Assembly (NCBI GenBank): GCA_965197475.1
Contig: CBDANF010000003.1
Span: 1,504,001-1,568,000, forward strand
Direction of reading: 5' to 3'
DNA length: 64,000 nt
Source: Candidatus Poribacteria bacterium
GTDB taxonomy: Bacteria; Poribacteria; WGA-4E; WGA-3G
The position numbers and the translations under genes were made by a program. The notes under the pieces were generated by a model. That model saw nothing but the letters and a program-made list of their open reading frames with translations. It was not told the DNA's origin and did no database searches. Positions 40,794 through 51,139 of the stretch are shown piece after piece; the first letter of the stretch is position 1, and the number at the start of each line of letters is the position of its first letter.

Positions 40794-41873
40794 TTACAAA
40801 TCCTGTTTCAACTCTGAAATCTTGTCAAAATCTTGCATGGCAGCCTCCAAATTGTCCAGTCGTAAGTAAGTCATAGCGCGTTCAAAGTAAAGCTCTGTGA
40901 AGGTAGGGATTAGTTTAATCGCCTCAGTAAAATCGGCAATTGCTTTTTCATACTCGCCTTTTTTGACGTAAATTTTACCGCGTTCTTCGTAGATTTCGGC
41001 ATCATAGGGTCGGAGTTCTATTTCCTTGCTAAATCCTTCAATTGCTTTGTCATACTCACCTCGTTCACCGTAAAGAGTAGCACGATAACCGGACGCATCG
41101 GCATGCTCTGGAGCAAGTTTAATTGCCATGCTAAAATCAGCGATTGCCTTGTCATACTCTTCTCCCTCAACGTAAAGTTTTCCACGAGTGTAATATGCAT
41201 CAACATCTTGCGGATTGAGTTCTATTGCTTTGGTATAGTCTTCAATAGCCTTGTCAAAATCAACTTTTTTGAGGTGGGCTTTCGCGCGATTACTGTACGC
41301 TTCAGCATAATCAGATTTAAGTTTTATCGCTTCACTATAATCTGCAATGGCTTTGTCATACTCGCCAATGTAACTATAGGCATTGCCCCGCTTGATATAA
41401 CCCTCAACCATTTTCGGATTAAGTGTTAAACCTGCCGTGTAAAGCGCAATTTCTTTTTCGGCATCTTCTTTATTCTGAATGTGATCAATAGGATAGCCTC
41501 TGTTAATCTCTTGACACTGTTGTAAAAACCGCCAGTATCCAGCGACTCCAAGTTTATCAATAAGAACTTTAAGTCCGATTTCAAAAATTTCAATATCCGT
41601 CATTTTTCGGATTTCGCTTTGAGGTGCTGCGAGTCTTTCAGCGTACTTGCGTGCTTCCGCTTCTTTCACTGCGCGTCTCTCTTGGATCCGCTCAACGATA
41701 GTGTCAATATCACCCTGATTTGCTAACAATTTATGACGATCAACAGAGTAATCACCCCCACCCGGCTTGCATTGGCGAATAAATCGCTCAACTTGATCGG
41801 CACCAAGTTTATCAGCAAGTATCTTATGACCGAGTTCATAAAGTTCTTTGTCTGTCATTTCAAGTATTTTCAT
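40794..41873 (-). CDS. TPR protein with a duplicated N-terminal antitoxin-like domain
   Basis: Two MTD.E..E.G...L.DKLG.....RF..QC repeats, then ~6 TPRs (RG..Y...GEYDKAIAD...AI.L). Confidence 0.75.
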   Translation of the reverse strand: MKILEMTDKELYELGHKILADKLGADQVERFIRQCKPGGGDYSVDRHKLLANQGDIDTIVERIQERRAVKEAEARKYAERLAAPQSEIRKMTDIEIFEIGLKVLIDKLGVAGYWRFLQQCQEINRGYPIDHIQNKEDAEKEIALYTAGLTLNPKMVEGYIKRGNAYSYIGEYDKAIADYSEAIKLKSDYAEAYSNRAKAHLKKVDFDKAIEDYTKAIELNPQDVDAYYTRGKLYVEGEEYDKAIADFSMAIKLAPEHADASGYRATLYGERGEYDKAIEGFSKEIELRPYDAEIYEERGKIYVKKGEYEKAIADFTEAIKLIPTFTELYFERAMTYLRLDNLEAAMQDFDKISELKQDL

Positions 41874-42475
41874 TTCTTGTCACCTTCAGTAACCATTCCA
41901 GAGGATTGTCAACTTGAATATTGAGTTGGGTTTGCACATTTTTTGCTTTCTTGAATAACTTGTCATCTGTTGTTAATCAGGACTTACGCAATGTGTTTAA
42001 AAGTCCCACTGATAAGGGGGATTTAGGGGGTTAAAAGCACAAATTCTGCCTATTTAACCCCCCTAACCCCCTTATCAAGGGGGAATGCGTAAGTCCTGGT
42101 TAATAATACATCCGCCGATCCGCTCTCAGCACAGGCAAGATGCAAAGCATCCATCGATTGAAACGTCAATGTTTCTAACTGTTTACCTCTTGATATTTCA
42201 CTTGTCTCAACAGAAATATCTTGGTCTACGTGAATTAGCCATCTTTTGATTTGAATCCGTTTTGTTTCATTAGGATTGTTTTCAATTTCATCAACCAAAA
42301 CGTCACTGGATATCCAAATCCAATGTCGTACTTGCAAATTATTAAGGATCCGTCTGATTGCTTCAGTTTCTTGGTGAATCCGAGTCTGTGTCTGATCGTC
42401 AAAAAGCCGACTCAAACAGCAAGTATCAAGATAAATTTTCAAAGGTCGTGAATCGGTTTGCACACGTGTATCCAA
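41860..42475 (-). pseudogene. PIN-domain (VapC-like) toxin gene interrupted by a MITE
   Basis: IYLDTCCLSR.FDDQTQ.RI..E.EA and DALHLACAE; removing the MITE restores ...DVLLTTDDKLFKKA...VDNPLEWL...ENT*. Confidence 0.85.
41978..42098. mobile_element. 121-bp MITE with CAGGACTTACGCA TIRs and 6-bp TSD
   Basis: Perfect 13-bp TIR; GTTAAT duplicated at 41972-77 and 42099-104; internal cccccttatcaaggggg palindrome. Confidence 0.9.
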
Positions 42476-42676
42476 ACTCCATCAAAATCGTTTTTTAGGA
42501 GGTGGTCTGTAGTCCTTATTTTCTATTTCTCCTATTCATACATCAGTATAGCATAACTCACACCACATCGCAAGTTGTTTTCGTTACGACTCGCATAAAT
42601 TGGCTTTGCCATCAATACCCTTTCGTGGTAAAATAACACACGTTTTGAAAACGGAGAACAATAGGAGACACAGATT

Positions 42677-43696
42677 ATGGCAATAGAGAGATTTTTAACA
42701 GCAGAACAGAGTGTCCAACATCTTCTGAAAACAACGCCACCGCTTCACTTCAACGGAAATCCAACACAAACGGAGTTCCGAGAATGGCGGAGAAAATTTA
42801 GACGCAACATCGCTCGGTATTTAGGTCCAAAACCTGAACCTGTGCCGTTGGCGGTAGAAATCTTAGAACAGGGACAACAAGATGGGTATACAAGAGAAAA
42901 AATAATTTTCAATCCAGATGCATTCTCCTCAATTCCAGCATACATTTTAATACCAGATAGCGCAAGTCCAGAGAATCCTGCGCCAGCAGTACTATGTGCA
43001 CACGGGCATGGGGTTGGTAAAGATGGGGCTGTCGGCATCGTGGAGGACTATCAGAAACAGTATGCTGTGGAACTTGCACAAAGAGGGTTTGTTACAATTG
43101 CCCCGGATTGGCGATGCTTCGGTGAGCGAAAAGACAGAGATGAGTGGGTGCGCCGTCCCGGCAGAGATGGATGCAACGCTGCTTATTTCGCACTCGGGTA
43201 TTTTGGTTATCAACTGCTACAACTCAACATTTCGGATGGGCAGCGATGTTTGGATTATCTGCAGTCCCGTCCTGAAGTGGATGGCAGTCGGTTGGGATGT
43301 ATGGGATGTTCGTTTGGCGGCACAATGACGACCTATATTTCAGCATTTGATCGGCGGATTAAGGCGGCTGTCATTGTCTGTTATCTTAGCACTTTGACAG
43401 ATGCATTGGGTGACCGTGGGCGAGGGAATACGTGTGGATCACAATTTATGTTTGGGTTACGGGCAGCGGGTGATATTGCTGATGTAGCCGGACTTATCGC
43501 GCCGCGCTCGTGTATGGTGCAAATCGGTTCTGATGACCGATGCTTTATTGAGTCTGATGCTTTAGCGGCGTTTGAACATCTTGAAAAGATATATGCTGCA
43601 TGCGGGAAACGCGATCGGTTAGTGTTGGACCATTTTGAAGGAGAACACGAGATTGATCTGGAGCCTGGGATCGCGTTTTTGGAAGAACGTTTATAA
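42677..43696 (+). CDS. Alpha/beta hydrolase (dienelactone hydrolase/acetylxylan esterase-like)
   Basis: PAVLCAHGHG, GCSFGG nucleophile elbow, C-terminal FEGEH. Confidence 0.85.
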   Translation: MAIERFLTAEQSVQHLLKTTPPLHFNGNPTQTEFREWRRKFRRNIARYLGPKPEPVPLAVEILEQGQQDGYTREKIIFNPDAFSSIPAYILIPDSASPENPAPAVLCAHGHGVGKDGAVGIVEDYQKQYAVELAQRGFVTIAPDWRCFGERKDRDEWVRRPGRDGCNAAYFALGYFGYQLLQLNISDGQRCLDYLQSRPEVDGSRLGCMGCSFGGTMTTYISAFDRRIKAAVIVCYLSTLTDALGDRGRGNTCGSQFMFGLRAAGDIADVAGLIAPRSCMVQIGSDDRCFIESDALAAFEHLEKIYAACGKRDRLVLDHFEGEHEIDLEPGIAFLEERL

Positions 43697-43740
43697 GCAC
43701 AAGGTGTTTATCATGAAATTCAAAGGGTTTAAAATCAGAA

Positions 43741-43767
43741 AGGACAGGTAATATACCTGTCCCTACT
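43741..43767 (-). repeat. GTAG-type REP hairpin between convergent genes
   Basis: Minus strand GTAGGGACAGGTA-tat-TACCTGTCC. Confidence 0.55.
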
Positions 43768-43802
43768 AACTTATTATTCAACACGTGTGACAGAGATACA
43801 GA

Positions 43803-44159
<357 letters not shown>

Positions 44160-44434
44160 CTACGCAAATTGGATAGGGTTGTCTTGGCGGATACAGAGAT
44201 TCGCCGTAAGGTTTCATAATAGTTTTGTGGACGGATACGAAATTCGCCCTTACAAATGAACTAAGGCATCAAATTAACACGTTTTCTTTACGTTGATCTA
44301 AGATATGCGTGCTGCAGAAACTTGTTCTACGGAATAAAAATAATTAACGAGTCAATTCACGCGTATCTTCAAATCAACGCCCGCGCTTATGCGATGCCTC
44401 AGACTCGGGTTCTTGCCCCATAATAAATACAATA

Positions 44435-44509
44435 GAAACTATCTCGTATTTGGTAGAGGATAACAACTTCTAAAAGTGCACCTACAAACAAAATTTATGA
44501 GATAGGTTC
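44435..44509. mobile_element. Short MITE-like element at the glnA stop codon
   Basis: gaaactatctcgta versus reverse complement of tatgagataggttc; TA on both flanks. Confidence 0.5.
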
Positions 44510-45930
44510 TAAATATCGTGATAGAGGAAGAATTCGTACGGATGTGGTCGAATATTAATGGCATCTACCTCATTTTCGCGTTTGTAATCGATCCAGACAT
44601 CAAGTACGTCTTCAGTAAACACATCACCTTTGAGAAGATATTCGTGGTCATCCTCAAGCGCATCAAGTGCGTCACCAAGAGAAGCAGGTGTGGATTCAAT
44701 ATCGTCAAGTTCCTCTGGTTCAAGGTCATAGAGGTCTTTGTCCAACGGATCGCCAGGGTGAATTCGGTTCTGAATTCCATCAAGACCAGCCATAAGCAAC
44801 GCGCTGAATGCAAGATACGGGTTACAAGATGGGTCAGGGGTACGGAATTCAACACGTTTGGATTTTTCACTCTTAGAGTAGACCGGAATTCGGACACATG
44901 CGCTTCGGTTCCGCTGGGAATAAGCGATATTAACTGGTGCTTCATACCCTGGGACTAACCGTTTATAAGAATTGGTTGTCGGTGCGATAATTGCACATAA
45001 CGAACGTGCATGCGCGAGTAAACCACCGATGTAATAGAGTGCTGTCTCACTTAGGAGTGAGTATCCTTGTGGATCATAAAAAACGTTTTTTCCGTCTTTC
45101 CATAGGCTTGTGTGCACGTGCATTCCTGAACCGTTGTCTTGGAAGAGCGGCTTCGGCATGAAAGTGGCTACCAAATTATGAGAACGGGCAACATTTTTGA
45201 TAATATATTTATACAAGGCTATACTATCACCGGCACTGGTTAGTGTGTCATATCGAATGTCAATTTCACCTTGTCCTGCAGTGCCGACCTCGTGGTGATG
45301 TACTTCAACATCAACACCGGATTCAATAAGTTTCAGGCATATTTCAGATCGGATGTCTTGGAGCGTATCTGACGGGGGAACGGGGAAATAACCCTCTTTA
45401 TAGCGGGGTTTGTAACCGAGGTTCGGATTTTCTTCGCGCCCAGAATTCCAACTACCTTCAACGGAATCAACATAGTAGAATCCAGAATGTTGGTTCTGTC
45501 CGTAACGGATATCGTTCAATAGATAAAATTCTGCCTCAGGTCCCCAATAACTAATATCAGCAATGCCTGTAGATTGAAGATAGGCTTCCGCTTTCTGTGC
45601 AATATGCCGCACGTCGCGGGTATAATTTTCCAATGTAATTGGGTCTTTAATATTACACGTAACGCTCAATGTTGGTATTTGACAGACTGGGTCAACCAGT
45701 GCTGTTGAGGGATCAGGAAAGAGCAACATGTCGCTCTCGTTAATGGCTTGAAAACCGCGGATACTTGACCCATCAAAACCGATTCCTTCTTCAAATAGGT
45801 CTTCGCTCAATTCTCCAACCATAATGGAGAAGTGTTGCCACATCCCTGGCATGTCCATGAATTTGAGGTCAACTATCTTAACATTATTTTCTTTTGCAAG
45901 TGCAATCACCTCACTTGGTGTCATTCGCAA
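44509..45930 (-). CDS. glnA: Glutamine synthetase type I
   Basis: FDGSSIRGF, HHHEV, FMPKP..DNGSGMH, RNRSA, DKDLYDL adenylylation site. Confidence 0.97.
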   Translation of the reverse strand: MRMTPSEVIALAKENNVKIVDLKFMDMPGMWQHFSIMVGELSEDLFEEGIGFDGSSIRGFQAINESDMLLFPDPSTALVDPVCQIPTLSVTCNIKDPITLENYTRDVRHIAQKAEAYLQSTGIADISYWGPEAEFYLLNDIRYGQNQHSGFYYVDSVEGSWNSGREENPNLGYKPRYKEGYFPVPPSDTLQDIRSEICLKLIESGVDVEVHHHEVGTAGQGEIDIRYDTLTSAGDSIALYKYIIKNVARSHNLVATFMPKPLFQDNGSGMHVHTSLWKDGKNVFYDPQGYSLLSETALYYIGGLLAHARSLCAIIAPTTNSYKRLVPGYEAPVNIAYSQRNRSACVRIPVYSKSEKSKRVEFRTPDPSCNPYLAFSALLMAGLDGIQNRIHPGDPLDKDLYDLEPEELDDIESTPASLGDALDALEDDHEYLLKGDVFTEDVLDVWIDYKRENEVDAINIRPHPYEFFLYHDI

Positions 45931-46027
45931 TTCCTCCTAAGTGGATCAAATATATTAATTGTAACTCATGATGGGTCGTCAATTGAATGTGCAATTTATT
46001 ATATGACAAGAATCCCATGATAGACTA

Positions 46028-46044
46028 TGCAAAGTCTATGCCAA
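46028..46044 (-). promoter_or_regulatory. sigma54 (-24/-12) promoter of glnA-glnB
   Basis: Minus strand TTGGCATAGACTTTGCA (GG-N10-GC). Confidence 0.8.
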
Positions 46045-46088
46045 TTTTGGAAACGTGTCTCGGTTGAGATATTCCGACACGCATCAAT

Positions 46089-46140
46089 GACAACAGCGTT
46101 ATACAGAACACAGAGACAACAGCGTTATACAGAACACAGA
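46089..46140. repeat. Exact 26-bp tandem duplication
   Basis: gacaacagcgttatacagaacacaga x2. Confidence 0.9.
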
Positions 46141-46209
46141 AAGGACAATAACTTAACCGCTGTTAATGCCGTGTGTTTATACGGATCAACAGAGATATGC
46201 CGAAGAATT

Positions 46210-46249
46210 TGCTAAATTATTAGGCATAGAATTGCCCAAATTTTCAGCA
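46210..46249. promoter_or_regulatory. Two NtrC-like enhancer sites
   Basis: TGCTAAATTATTAGGCA and TGCCCAAATTTTCAGCA (TGC-N11-GCA) upstream of the sigma54 promoter. Confidence 0.55.
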
Positions 46250-46252
46250 GAA

Positions 46253-46840
46253 TCACGGCTTTTTCTTTAATTCAACATCTTCAGCAAATCTGCTGGTTTC
46301 GGGTCCATCTTGCCCAGAATATTTATTCGCAGGTTTCAGGCGGTAAGGCATACTTGATGGCGATGAAAGTTGTTCAAAGGTAAAGGCACAAATCCGCATG
46401 CCTGGATAGAGTAAGACAGGCATCCGTCCGAGATTGCCTAATTCCAAAGTAGCATTTCCTACCCAACCAGGATCGAATAGACCAGCGGTGCTGTGGACAA
46501 TAATACCGAGTCTGCCGAGACTACTTCTCCCTTCAAGCCGCGCCATCACATCATCTGCTAATTCCAGTTTTTCGTGTGTTGCTGCGAGAACAAACTCACC
46601 CGGTTGCATCGTGAAAGCCTCACCATCAGACACCTTAACTTTCCGCATCAGATCATCAGCATCAACCTTTTCCTTTAAATCAATAAACGGATATTTGCTG
46701 TGTTCAAAAACACGAAAGGTGTTGCTCAATCTGAAATCCATTGAACAACTCCCTAACTGTATATCTAAATCGGGCTCGGGGGTAATCTTAATTTTCCCTT
46801 CGCGCATATATTTTTCAATGTCCACATTTGATAAAACCAT
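46253..46840 (-). CDS. dcd: dCTP deaminase
   Basis: GRSSLGRLG..VH.TAG.FDPGW.G..TLE, KYSGQ. Confidence 0.95.
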   Translation of the reverse strand: MVLSNVDIEKYMREGKIKITPEPDLDIQLGSCSMDFRLSNTFRVFEHSKYPFIDLKEKVDADDLMRKVKVSDGEAFTMQPGEFVLAATHEKLELADDVMARLEGRSSLGRLGIIVHSTAGLFDPGWVGNATLELGNLGRMPVLLYPGMRICAFTFEQLSSPSSMPYRLKPANKYSGQDGPETSRFAEDVELKKKP

Positions 46841-46923
46841 ATTATAATATTACCATAATTTTGCAAAGATGTCACGTTTTTTGTTTTTAATGTTGTTTCG
46901 TCACGCAATCTGGAATGCCGATT

Positions 46924-48252
46924 CTATTCATCCCATTCTTCTGGGGCAACACTGCGATAGGCATAGTCTAAAAGAGTCACGGGATGCATCGCCTTCATCT
47001 TCAACCCATGCTTTTGGATACCGACTTGAATTTGCAGTAAACAGCCGGGGTTTCCAGTTGCGACAATATCTGCCTCAGTTTCAGCGATGTGTGTCATCTT
47101 GCGTTCAAGTATCTCCTGTGAAAGTTCCGGTTGTGTGATATTATAAATACCCGCACTCCCACAACACCATTCGGATTCTGTCAACTCAATTAACTCAAGC
47201 TCTGGTATTATTTGCAGGACTTTTCGAGGTTGTGACTTCACACGTTGCCCGTGTAGGAGATGGCACGGTTCATCATAAGTCACGCGCCTGGGAATTGCGC
47301 CTTTTGGCGGTATCATCTCAATTTCGGCTAAGAATTCGCTGATGTCACGCATTTTGTGGCTGAAGTGTTCTGCTTTCTCTACGTAAACCGTATCGTTTTC
47401 CAGAAGTGCTTCGTACTCCTTGAGTGTTGCGCCACAACCAGCAGAGTTAATAATAATTGCATCTAAATTCTCGTTCTCAAACGCATCTATGTTCTGTTTG
47501 GCAAGTGCAGAGGCGACATCGCGTACGCCGTTGTGTAGGTGCAGTGCCCCACAGCAAGTTTGCTTACGCGGTGTAACAACTTCACATCCGTTTTCCGCTA
47601 ACACACGAATAGTAGCCAAATTGGTCTCGGTAAAAACCTGATTCATGATACACCCAGGGATAAATCCCACGCGATATCGAGTTTCACCTTCGGCGGGTGT
47701 GATGTCACGTATCGTGTATTTGAGATGCGGAGGGGGAATTTTCGGCAGTAACGACTCCATTTGACCGAGTTGCCCCATCAATTTAAGGATTCCTGTTTTC
47801 TGGACGAGCCATCGGATACCGAGTTTTTGGTAGAGCCACATCAGTTCAAAGATGAGGTCTAACCGTTCTTTGTTCGGTAAAATTTGTTTGAAAACGAGGT
47901 TGGTCCAGAATCGGTAGCTTACGGATCGAGGGGCGTTGAGCTCATAGATCGCACGTGCCTGTTCAAGAAGTTCTCCGAAGTGTACGCCAGAAGGGCACGC
48001 GGTCTCACAGGCGCGGCAATCCAAGCACCGGTAGATGTATTCTGCCCACTCCTTGCTGAGTGGCGTGGCATCTTGCGGTTTGAACGCACTCCCCATAAGA
48101 TACAATCTTCCTCTGGGGGAATCGGTTTCTAATCCTAATTCTCGATAGGTTGGACAAGTAGGTAAGCAAAGACCACAATGGGTACAGGCATCCCATTTTT
48201 TCCAACTAAAGGTGTCCATGCCGATTAGTGGTTGGGTTTGTTGGTTGGGCAT
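46924..48252 (-). CDS. glcF: Glycolate oxidase iron-sulfur subunit-like (Fe-S/CCG domains)
   Basis: CTHCGLCLPTCPTY...SPRGR, CLDCRACETACPSGV, two CCG motifs. Confidence 0.85.
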   Translation of the reverse strand: MPNQQTQPLIGMDTFSWKKWDACTHCGLCLPTCPTYRELGLETDSPRGRLYLMGSAFKPQDATPLSKEWAEYIYRCLDCRACETACPSGVHFGELLEQARAIYELNAPRSVSYRFWTNLVFKQILPNKERLDLIFELMWLYQKLGIRWLVQKTGILKLMGQLGQMESLLPKIPPPHLKYTIRDITPAEGETRYRVGFIPGCIMNQVFTETNLATIRVLAENGCEVVTPRKQTCCGALHLHNGVRDVASALAKQNIDAFENENLDAIIINSAGCGATLKEYEALLENDTVYVEKAEHFSHKMRDISEFLAEIEMIPPKGAIPRRVTYDEPCHLLHGQRVKSQPRKVLQIIPELELIELTESEWCCGSAGIYNITQPELSQEILERKMTHIAETEADIVATGNPGCLLQIQVGIQKHGLKMKAMHPVTLLDYAYRSVAPEEWDE

Positions 48253-48301
48253 CTCAAAGTTTATTAGATTGGTGATATTACTCTCGATTTCAATAATTTG
48301 A

Positions 48302-48646
48302 TTAATTTTTTTGGAACGTCATAATGATCATTCCGATAACAAATAGAAGTTGAAGTGCCATCAGAATGATTGGAACTAACAGCATGAATTTGGATAATTT
48401 CGTAAAAGATGAGTTTTGCTTGAGGCTACTCATCTTGTTTTCACTTATTTTCTCTGTAATGAGATGCTCTTCACTCTGCGGGAACAATGTTTTTTTAATA
48501 GAAGATTCGGGTGAAATTGGTAAGTGTTTAGGTTGTCTCTTCCGTTTAGGTAAGACTAGTACAAGAAGTAGAATACATCCAACAAACATCATGATATGAA
48601 CGGGATATGCCGAAATGACTTCTAAAACACCATACAAATCTGACAT
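48302..48646 (-). CDS. Hypothetical 2-TM membrane protein
   Basis: Two hydrophobic segments flanking a basic loop. Confidence 0.55.
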   Translation of the reverse strand: MSDLYGVLEVISAYPVHIMMFVGCILLLVLVLPKRKRQPKHLPISPESSIKKTLFPQSEEHLITEKISENKMSSLKQNSSFTKLSKFMLLVPIILMALQLLFVIGMIIMTFQKN

Positions 48647-48701
48647 CTTTGTTCCTTTTGTGTTTGTTGAGTGGACATAGATAACTTATTTCACAAGCTA
48701 A

Positions 48702-49106
48702 TTATTTGTGGAATCTTTCCAATATAATATGGGTAAACCAAAGCAGGACTAACACAATCAAGCCAATAGTGGCAAATATCATGCCTTTGGAACTTACTGT
48801 GCCAGCGAAACTTTTCTTGATATTATCCTTTCTGCTTTCGTTAATCTTGTCTGCAAGCATTCTTTTTTCGTACTCTGTCAAATTTTTCTTTTGTGTAGGC
48901 AGTAGGTCTGATGGCGTGCGTCTATAAATTCGGTTTTTCCACTTTCTGTACAAGATACGAAAAATTACTACGCCTCCTGCTACACCAATTAAAACAGCAA
49001 CACTGATGAGAATATCTGTTATAGGTAGGAATTCAATCGGATCAACCGGGCTCGGTTCGGCATATAGAGTTTCACTTATGATGAAAACTGCATGAATAGT
49101 TTCCAT
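48702..49106 (-). CDS. Hypothetical 2-TM membrane protein
   Basis: Same topology as its neighbour; starts 2 nt after the larE stop. Confidence 0.55.
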   Translation of the reverse strand: METIHAVFIISETLYAEPSPVDPIEFLPITDILISVAVLIGVAGGVVIFRILYRKWKNRIYRRTPSDLLPTQKKNLTEYEKRMLADKINESRKDNIKKSFAGTVSSKGMIFATIGLIVLVLLWFTHIILERFHK

Positions 49107-49108
49107 TT

Positions 49109-49942
49109 TTACGTCCCCGTGATGATTTTGGTGATCCCTTCGTTCAGGCTACCGGATCGATATCCCTGTAGGTCAAGCGTAACGTGGGCGTATCCCAGAG
49201 TTTTGAAGTGTGCGCTGATTTGGTTTCGGGTTTCTTTCTGATGCAATCGCGAAATTTCTTCTGCTTCAAGTTCAATTCGGGCGAGTTCACCGTGGTGACG
49301 GACGCGGAATTGACGAATGCCTAAATCGTAGAGAAATTGTTCTGCAGCGTCAACCTGCCGCAGCAATTCACGCGTGATACGCATGCCGTAAGGAAACCGC
49401 GAGGATAGACAGGCGAATGCAGGCTTATCCCATGTCGGAAGTTCCCACGCTTTTGAAATCTCGCGTATCTCTGCTTTCGTGAGGTCAACATCAATCAAAG
49501 GTGCTTTGATACCCATCTGTTTAGCGGCATCCATTCCAGGACGATGGTCGCCGACATCATCCGGGATTGCGCCGTAGATAATTGTTCCGACATTGTATTT
49601 TTCGGCGATTGGCTGTAGTTTATCAAACAATTCCGTCTTGCAAAAGAAACATCGGTTGGTGGGGTTGCTCGCGTATCCCTCCAGTTCTAACTCTTCAGTG
49701 TGAACAGTTTCAAAGCGGATGCCGATCTGTTGGGCAATATCTTGCGCAGCTTGCATCTCTCTTATAGGATAGGAATCTGATATTGCGGTGACCGCAAGTG
49801 CATTTTCGCCTAAGGCATGCTGTGCCGCCTCCGCAAGAAACGTGCTGTCGACTCCACCTGAAAAGGCGACGATCACCTTTTCATAACTACGTAGGCAATC
49901 ATAAAGTCTGTTTACTTTTGATTGTAAAGGTTTCGGTAACAT
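49109..49942 (-). CDS. larE: ATP-dependent sacrificial sulfur transferase
   Basis: PP-loop AFSGGVDS, RCFFCK, DHRPG, ACLSSRFPYG, GYRSGSLN. Confidence 0.92.
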   Translation of the reverse strand: MLPKPLQSKVNRLYDCLRSYEKVIVAFSGGVDSTFLAEAAQHALGENALAVTAISDSYPIREMQAAQDIAQQIGIRFETVHTEELELEGYASNPTNRCFFCKTELFDKLQPIAEKYNVGTIIYGAIPDDVGDHRPGMDAAKQMGIKAPLIDVDLTKAEIREISKAWELPTWDKPAFACLSSRFPYGMRITRELLRQVDAAEQFLYDLGIRQFRVRHHGELARIELEAEEISRLHQKETRNQISAHFKTLGYAHVTLDLQGYRSGSLNEGITKIITGT

Positions 49943-49961
49943 CTATTCACATCCTAAGGTG

Positions 49962-50561
49962 TTACAACGGTCGATCAGTTTGTTGTAGTTTTTTCAGTTC
50001 GCTCATGAGTAATTGTCTTTTTAAGCCGCTAATTCTGTCAATAAAAAGGGTTCCGTTGAGATGGTCAATTTCGTGTTGAAGCACACGTGCAAGAAGTCCA
50101 TCTGCCTCAAATTCAATCTCTTTGTTTCTAAGGTCCATTGCTTTAACGACTATCTTTTCTGGACGTTTTACATCAGCTCGGAGATCGGGTATGCTCAAAC
50201 ATCCTTCCTCTGCTACACTTTCTCCTTCAACACTCAAAATTTCAGGATTAAACAGCATCAACAGTTCAAATTTTTCGTCTTCGTTTTCACCTAAGTCAAC
50301 AATGAGGAATTGTTTTAAAATGCCTACCTGCGTTGCAGCGAGACCGATACCGTTCCCTGTCGCGTAAAGTGTCATTAACATCTCCTCAGCAAGTTTGACT
50401 TCTGCGTAGGTGATTTCCTGAACCGGTTCGGCTCTTTTGCGGAGGACAGAGTCACCGTAATATCGAAGCTGTAGCGGTTTTGTTATTGGCAAGCGTAATG
50501 TTTCGTCTGTCGCTGAATCTGAGGATTGTCGGTTTTTACGTTTTCTTTTCGGTTTTGACAT
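49962..50561 (-). CDS. def: Peptide deformylase
   Basis: GIGLAATQVG, EGCLS, QHEIDHLNG. Confidence 0.97.
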   Translation of the reverse strand: MSKPKRKRKNRQSSDSATDETLRLPITKPLQLRYYGDSVLRKRAEPVQEITYAEVKLAEEMLMTLYATGNGIGLAATQVGILKQFLIVDLGENEDEKFELLMLFNPEILSVEGESVAEEGCLSIPDLRADVKRPEKIVVKAMDLRNKEIEFEADGLLARVLQHEIDHLNGTLFIDRISGLKRQLLMSELKKLQQTDRPL

Positions 50562-50654
50562 GCGTCGGACATCTCTCCATTATTCTTTCATCAATGAAAA
50601 AGTTTTAAATATCATAACACCCACAGCGGATTATGTCAAGTAAATTAATGGACG

Positions 50655-50778
50655 GCAGAGCCATTCAGTTTTCGGTTTTTTGTGCATTTTAGTGGTTAAA
50701 TCGCGACAGGAGGTCGCTCCTACAGAGGAAAGACCGTGATCAGAAGGTAGCAACTACCGGAGAATTGAATGGCTCTGC
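50655..50778. repeat. Inverted-repeat-bounded MITE-like element with REP cargo
   Basis: GCAGAGCCATTCA / TGAATGGCTCTGC; internal tcgcgacaggaggtcgctcctac, also seen at ~30228. Confidence 0.6.
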
Positions 50779-50929
50779 TTCTTCTAAATACACTTTAACT
50801 TTGACTTCGCAGCTTTCTAAGGGATATACTAAACATTGGTATCCTCTCCTATAATGTGAGAAAAGTTTATTAGGAAAGGATACCATTTATCGGAATACCT
50901 CCGCAACATCCCTCTCCAATTCATACTTA

Positions 50930-51017
50930 TACCAGATTAACGAGATTTATCTTATTTTTCTGGGCAGACAGCGCGCGGACAAAGCGCGCCTACAAGTTGA
51001 ATCAAGTTAATTTGGTA
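50930..51017. mobile_element. MITE (TACCA.ATTAA...TTAATTTGGTA family)
   Basis: TTA duplication on both flanks; near copy of 32379-32467. Confidence 0.8.
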
Positions 51018-51139
51018 TTATAACAAAAACTTTACACACACGAATCTACCTGGGACTTGTTTAAATGGAATAGTCTGCCATCCAGCAAAGATTGACTGAT
51101 GACAGACTATTCCGTTATGTTCATCTAACGCTGGGATTA

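Noticed and set aside
46089-46140. Possible CRISPR repeats
   Set aside because: Two abutting copies with no spacer and no cas genes.
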